From assembly GCF_003334815.1 (NCBI RefSeq), contig NZ_QOWO01000057.1: a stretch of 13,444 bases of DNA. One strand, written 5' to 3'. Position 1 is the stretch's first letter; each line of letters opens with the position of its first letter. A program made the translations under genes and the position numbers. The notes under the pieces are model-generated. The model had not been told where the DNA came from and ran no database searches. It was given only the letters and a program-made list of their open reading frames with translations. Below are positions 10,544 to 13,444 of the stretch, piece after piece. Source of the stretch: Escherichia coli. Its GTDB lineage: Bacteria > Pseudomonadota > Gammaproteobacteria > Enterobacterales > Enterobacteriaceae.

Positions 10544-11824
10544 CTAAAAATTGCTGAGGGGGAATAAGGCCGGGAGCTGCGACAGCAAATACAAAATTAG
10601 CCCAATACAACCGCCGACCAGCGTACCGTTGACACGGATAAACTGCAGATCTTTGCCGATATTTAACTCTATTTGCCGCGACATATCCCGCGCATCCCAG
10701 CTTTTTACCGTATCGCTGATGTGGCGCGTCAGGAATGCGGAAAACTCAGGCGCGACGCGGTGCGCGGCTTGTTCCAGGTGACCATTTAACGACGCCCGCA
10801 AGGCATCATCGGCAATTAACGTTTCGCCAAACCATTGACCCGCCCGCGCGATACGTTCTTTCACACGAGAATCTTCACTGTCGATATCCGCTTTCAGCCA
10901 TTCCCGTAAATCCCCCCACAATTCACTGAGATAGCGGTTAAAAGCTTCATCTTCTTTCAGATAACTTTTTACGGCATCGGCTCGCGCTGCCATTTCCGGA
11001 TCGTTTTTCAACTTGTCGATCAGGGCAAAAGTGGCGCGATCAAACGCATGGCGGATCTGATGTACACGATCGCGGCTGATATCATCAAGCAAAGAATTCA
11101 CCGCGTCAGAAACCAACTCCGCGCTATGTTCGCCCAGCCATTCAGTAGGCAAAATTTTGGCTTTCAGCGGATGCTCGCTCTCCAGCCAGCGAACAATTTG
11201 CTGGGCAATAAACTTGCGCGATTTATCGCGCTGGAGAAGAGCAATCAACTGCGCGATCAGCGTATCCAGCAGCACCTGATGACGATCGTTTTTGGTCATA
11301 CTCTCCAGCATCAACGCACTGGTGCCGGAAAGATCGATCTTATCAATCGCCCGATGGACTGCGCGCTTAAGCAGGCGCTGAATACGCGCATCATCGGTCA
11401 GTTCAAGAAAACCACTCATGATCTGCAACAGATGCTGACCAACGCGGCGGGCGTTTTCTGGCTGACTAAACCAGTTGCCAATCAACAACACCGGTTCGTG
11501 ACGTCGAATCAATGCCACCAGCGATTGGGTATCGAGAAATTTTTCCTGCACGAACTGACCGAGATTTTCGCCAATCCGGTCTTTATTACGCGGGATAATC
11601 GCCGTATGACGAGAAATGATCGGAATCGGCACGCGGCGAAACAGCGCCACCACCGCAAACCAGTCTGCCAGCGCGCCGACCATCGCCGCTTCAGCAATCG
11701 CCTTCACTCCGCTCACCCAAAAATTGGGTGGCAAAAACAGCGTAACGACAAAGGTAGCAGCGGCGATAAGCAGTAAAGAGAGCGCCAACATTTTGGCGCG
11801 TCTGAGTTCAATGAGTTTATTCAT
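10544..11824 (-). CDS. yjiN: Inner-membrane protein YjiN (DUF445 family)
   Basis: 426-aa ORF with an N-terminal TM helix ([19 protein letters not shown]), a long helical charged middle and a C-terminal hydrophobic segment. Position between mdtM and yjiM matches K-12. Confidence 0.75.
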   Translation of the reverse strand: MNKLIELRRAKMLALSLLLIAAATFVVTLFLPPNFWVSGVKAIAEAAMVGALADWFAVVALFRRVPIPIISRHTAIIPRNKDRIGENLGQFVQEKFLDTQSLVALIRRHEPVLLIGNWFSQPENARRVGQHLLQIMSGFLELTDDARIQRLLKRAVHRAIDKIDLSGTSALMLESMTKNDRHQVLLDTLIAQLIALLQRDKSRKFIAQQIVRWLESEHPLKAKILPTEWLGEHSAELVSDAVNSLLDDISRDRVHQIRHAFDRATFALIDKLKNDPEMAARADAVKSYLKEDEAFNRYLSELWGDLREWLKADIDSEDSRVKERIARAGQWFGETLIADDALRASLNGHLEQAAHRVAPEFSAFLTRHISDTVKSWDARDMSRQIELNIGKDLQFIRVNGTLVGGCIGLILYLLSQLPALFPLSNF

Positions 11825-11864
11825 AATGTTAAGAATAGAGCCTGACGGCAGGATCGCGCAAAAA

Positions 11865-13097
11865 TCACCGCTCCTCCGCCAGCTCGGCAGCCTGATGTTG
11901 GCGCACGCGATTAAGCAATCCCGCCAGGGTGAAAACGACGATAAGGCCCGCCACGACGGCTAACAGATGAAACGGCAAGCGACCGCCGTTAAACCACAGC
12001 CAGCGGCCGATTTCGACCGAGACAGACATCACCATCAGGATCACCATATTCAGCGATGCGGAGACGGTCCCTTTCGGTAAGTTATTGGAAAACAGCGTAA
12101 AGCGGAATAAGGTCGGGATAATCAAACCAATCCCGAAAGCATACAGACTGGTGCCCAGCACCGACCACAGCCAGACGTGCGGTGACAGCAGATTGCCGAT
12201 AATCAACAGCGCGAGGCCAACCAGTTGAATGGGTACGGCACGCCAGATAAAGCGCGGTTCGGTCGGATCTTTAACGAAACGCGCCACGATGGCATTCGCG
12301 ACAATCACCGCGCCGAATACCGGAACCTGTGTCCAGGCGAACTGCGAGGTCGTTAAGCCGCCTGCGTCAATCAGGATCACCGGCGAGACAGCCACCCAGC
12401 TCATCATTGGGATATAGCTTAAAGAGATGGTTGCTGCACCAAAGAGGAACAGCCGATTGCAAAAGACATTACGAAAATCGCGCAAGACGCTTTTGGCGCT
12501 AAATGAAACCGCGCCGCGCTTCACCGTCTCTGGCATCGCCAGCAGTAAGCCAACAAATGAGATAAAACCCATAATCGCAATGATGGCAAAAAGGACTTTC
12601 CAGTGTACAAAGTGCATCAGAGCTGCGCCGGAAAGCGGGCCGATAATCGGCGCAATCAGTACGATGGAGGTGATAATCGCCATCAACCTGATCCCTTTTG
12701 TCTGGCCGAACGCCTCCTGCACCGTGACATAACCAACGGTGGCAATAAAACAGATACTGGTGCCCTGAATTGCACGCGCGATAAGAAACTGTGTCATAGA
12801 CGTTGTGAACATTGTCGCAGCGCAGGCAAGGGTAAATATTAGCGCCCCGGTAATCAGCACCGGCCTGCGGCCAATCCTGTCGGAAAGCGGCCCCAGCAGC
12901 CACTGTAACGCCATACCGCCCGCGAGATAGAGACTGACGGCTGCCGGGGCCAGACTGACATCGGCATTAAAATCACGGACCACATTAATGATCCCCGGCT
13001 GAATCAGGTCCGTCGACAGGTACGCGGCAAAATCATACAAAATCAACGCCATCGGGAAAAACAGCGTGGCGGCATGGCGGGCAAAAAAACGTGGCAT
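11865..13097 (-). CDS. mdtM: Multidrug efflux MFS transporter MdtM (YjiO), a 12-TM drug:H+ antiporter
   Basis: The ORF track extends to 13196 (443 aa). An ATG at 13097 preceded by AAGGAG (8 nt) gives [35 protein letters not shown]... (410 aa), which matches what I recall of MdtM. MFS signature [13 protein letters not shown] present. Confidence 0.85.
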   Translation of the reverse strand: MPRFFARHAATLFFPMALILYDFAAYLSTDLIQPGIINVVRDFNADVSLAPAAVSLYLAGGMALQWLLGPLSDRIGRRPVLITGALIFTLACAATMFTTSMTQFLIARAIQGTSICFIATVGYVTVQEAFGQTKGIRLMAIITSIVLIAPIIGPLSGAALMHFVHWKVLFAIIAIMGFISFVGLLLAMPETVKRGAVSFSAKSVLRDFRNVFCNRLFLFGAATISLSYIPMMSWVAVSPVILIDAGGLTTSQFAWTQVPVFGAVIVANAIVARFVKDPTEPRFIWRAVPIQLVGLALLIIGNLLSPHVWLWSVLGTSLYAFGIGLIIPTLFRFTLFSNNLPKGTVSASLNMVILMVMSVSVEIGRWLWFNGGRLPFHLLAVVAGLIVVFTLAGLLNRVRQHQAAELAEER

Positions 13098-13256
13098 AAC
13101 AAACAACTCCTTGTCCGGAGAACCCCAACGGGCAAAACGAAATTCAATACCGTCGGTAATGACGAAAGGCAGGCGAGAAGGGCAACGAGACTGCAAATGT
13201 ACTGAATTTCATGTAATCAACCACACTGCCTGTGAACACACCGACAGAGAAATACC

Positions 13257-13275
13257 TTCTGACTCCAGGTCAGAA
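13257..13275. promoter_or_regulatory. Inverted repeat TTCTGAC-TCCAG-GTCAGAA in the mdtM upstream region
   Basis: 7-bp perfect arms with a 5-bp spacer, 160-180 nt upstream of the mdtM ATG and about 95 nt before the IS1 terminus. Candidate regulator site or small hairpin. Confidence 0.25.
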
Positions 13276-13367
13276 TGTATAACGATTACAAATAGTCATC
13301 AGCACATTACACCTCTTTAATTGATGGCTTGCATAGAAAATATACACCTTAAGTGTAATTAAAATTT

Positions 13368-13444
13368 GGTAATGCTGCCAACTTACTGATTTAGTGTATG
13401 ATGGTGATTTTAAGGTGCTTGCGTGGCTTCCATTTCCATCAGAT
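13368..13444 (+). mobile_element. Left end (IRL plus the first insA codons) of a divergent IS1-family isoform; the body continues beyond the right edge of the window
   Basis: 13368.. reads GGTAATGCTGCCAACTTACTGATTTAGTGTATGATGGTGATTTTAAGGTGCTTGCGTGGCTTCCATTTCCATCAGAT, which I count as 66/77 identical to the reverse complement of 1..77. GTG at 13423 opens GTG-GCT-TCC-ATT-TCC-ATC (M-A-S-I-S-I...), the InsA N-terminus variant seen in divergent IS1 isoforms. Confidence 0.8.

Noticed and set aside
11048-11776. 242-aa ORF on the plus strand across yjiN
   Set aside because: It lies entirely antisense to the well-supported yjiN CDS. Its R/Q/H-rich, low-complexity translation is typical of the reverse frame of a GC-rich gene. 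It has no SD and no independent support.
13098-13196. 5' extension of mdtM to 13196 (443 aa), and similar extensions of yjiM to 10449 and yjiL to 9273
   Set aside because: The extended starts lack ribosome-binding sites or sit directly on them. Internal ATG or GTG codons with well-spaced AGGAG-type SDs give products matching the expected lengths (410, 383 and 255 aa).

Overview
The window is an Enterobacteriaceae (E. coli/Shigella-type) chromosomal segment that I recognise as the yjiC-iraD-hypT-iadA-yjiG-yjiH-kptA-yjiJ-yjiK-yjiL-yjiM-yjiN-mdtM neighbourhood. Gene identities rest on the protein translations and on synteny recalled from E. coli K-12. Both ends of the window are termini of two different IS1-family insertion sequences. 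Each copy has its insA-proximal inverted repeat (IRL) facing inward, so the two copies are inverted relative to each other. The left copy (1..77) matches IS1 almost perfectly and has replaced the last codons of yjiC. The right copy (13368..end) is about 86% identical to it over the 77 nt and is a different isoform. Its InsA begins M-A-S-I-S-I, where the left copy encodes M-A-S-V-S-I-S. It lies about 270 bp upstream of the mdtM multidrug-efflux gene. Between them lies a 670-bp, very AT-rich divergent control region between yjiC and iraD. After it come the convergent iraD and hypT (yjiE) genes, then a leftward yjiH-yjiG-iadA operon with ATGA and short-gap coupling. kptA overlaps the 3' end of yjiJ convergently. 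A long leftward gene string follows: mdtM, yjiN, yjiM, yjiL, a small ORF, yjiK and yjiJ. Most noteworthy are four things. First, an 85-codon ORF not in the K-12 gene list as I remember it lies between yjiL and yjiK, its ATG overlapping the yjiL stop (ATGA); it resembles the DUF3343 'putative Se/S-carrier' small-protein family. Second, it sits inside a poorly understood module made of an orphan HgdC-like activator ATPase (yjiL) and an HgdB-like dehydratase component (yjiM). Third, a 27-29 codon upstream ORF has its TGA overlapping the iraD ATG. Fourth, the segment is bracketed by IS1 copies. Several ORF-track entries are over-extended at the 5' end (yjiH, yjiK, yjiL, yjiM, mdtM, iraD), and better starts with Shine-Dalgarno sequences are proposed. 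No tRNA, rRNA or CRISPR features were seen.
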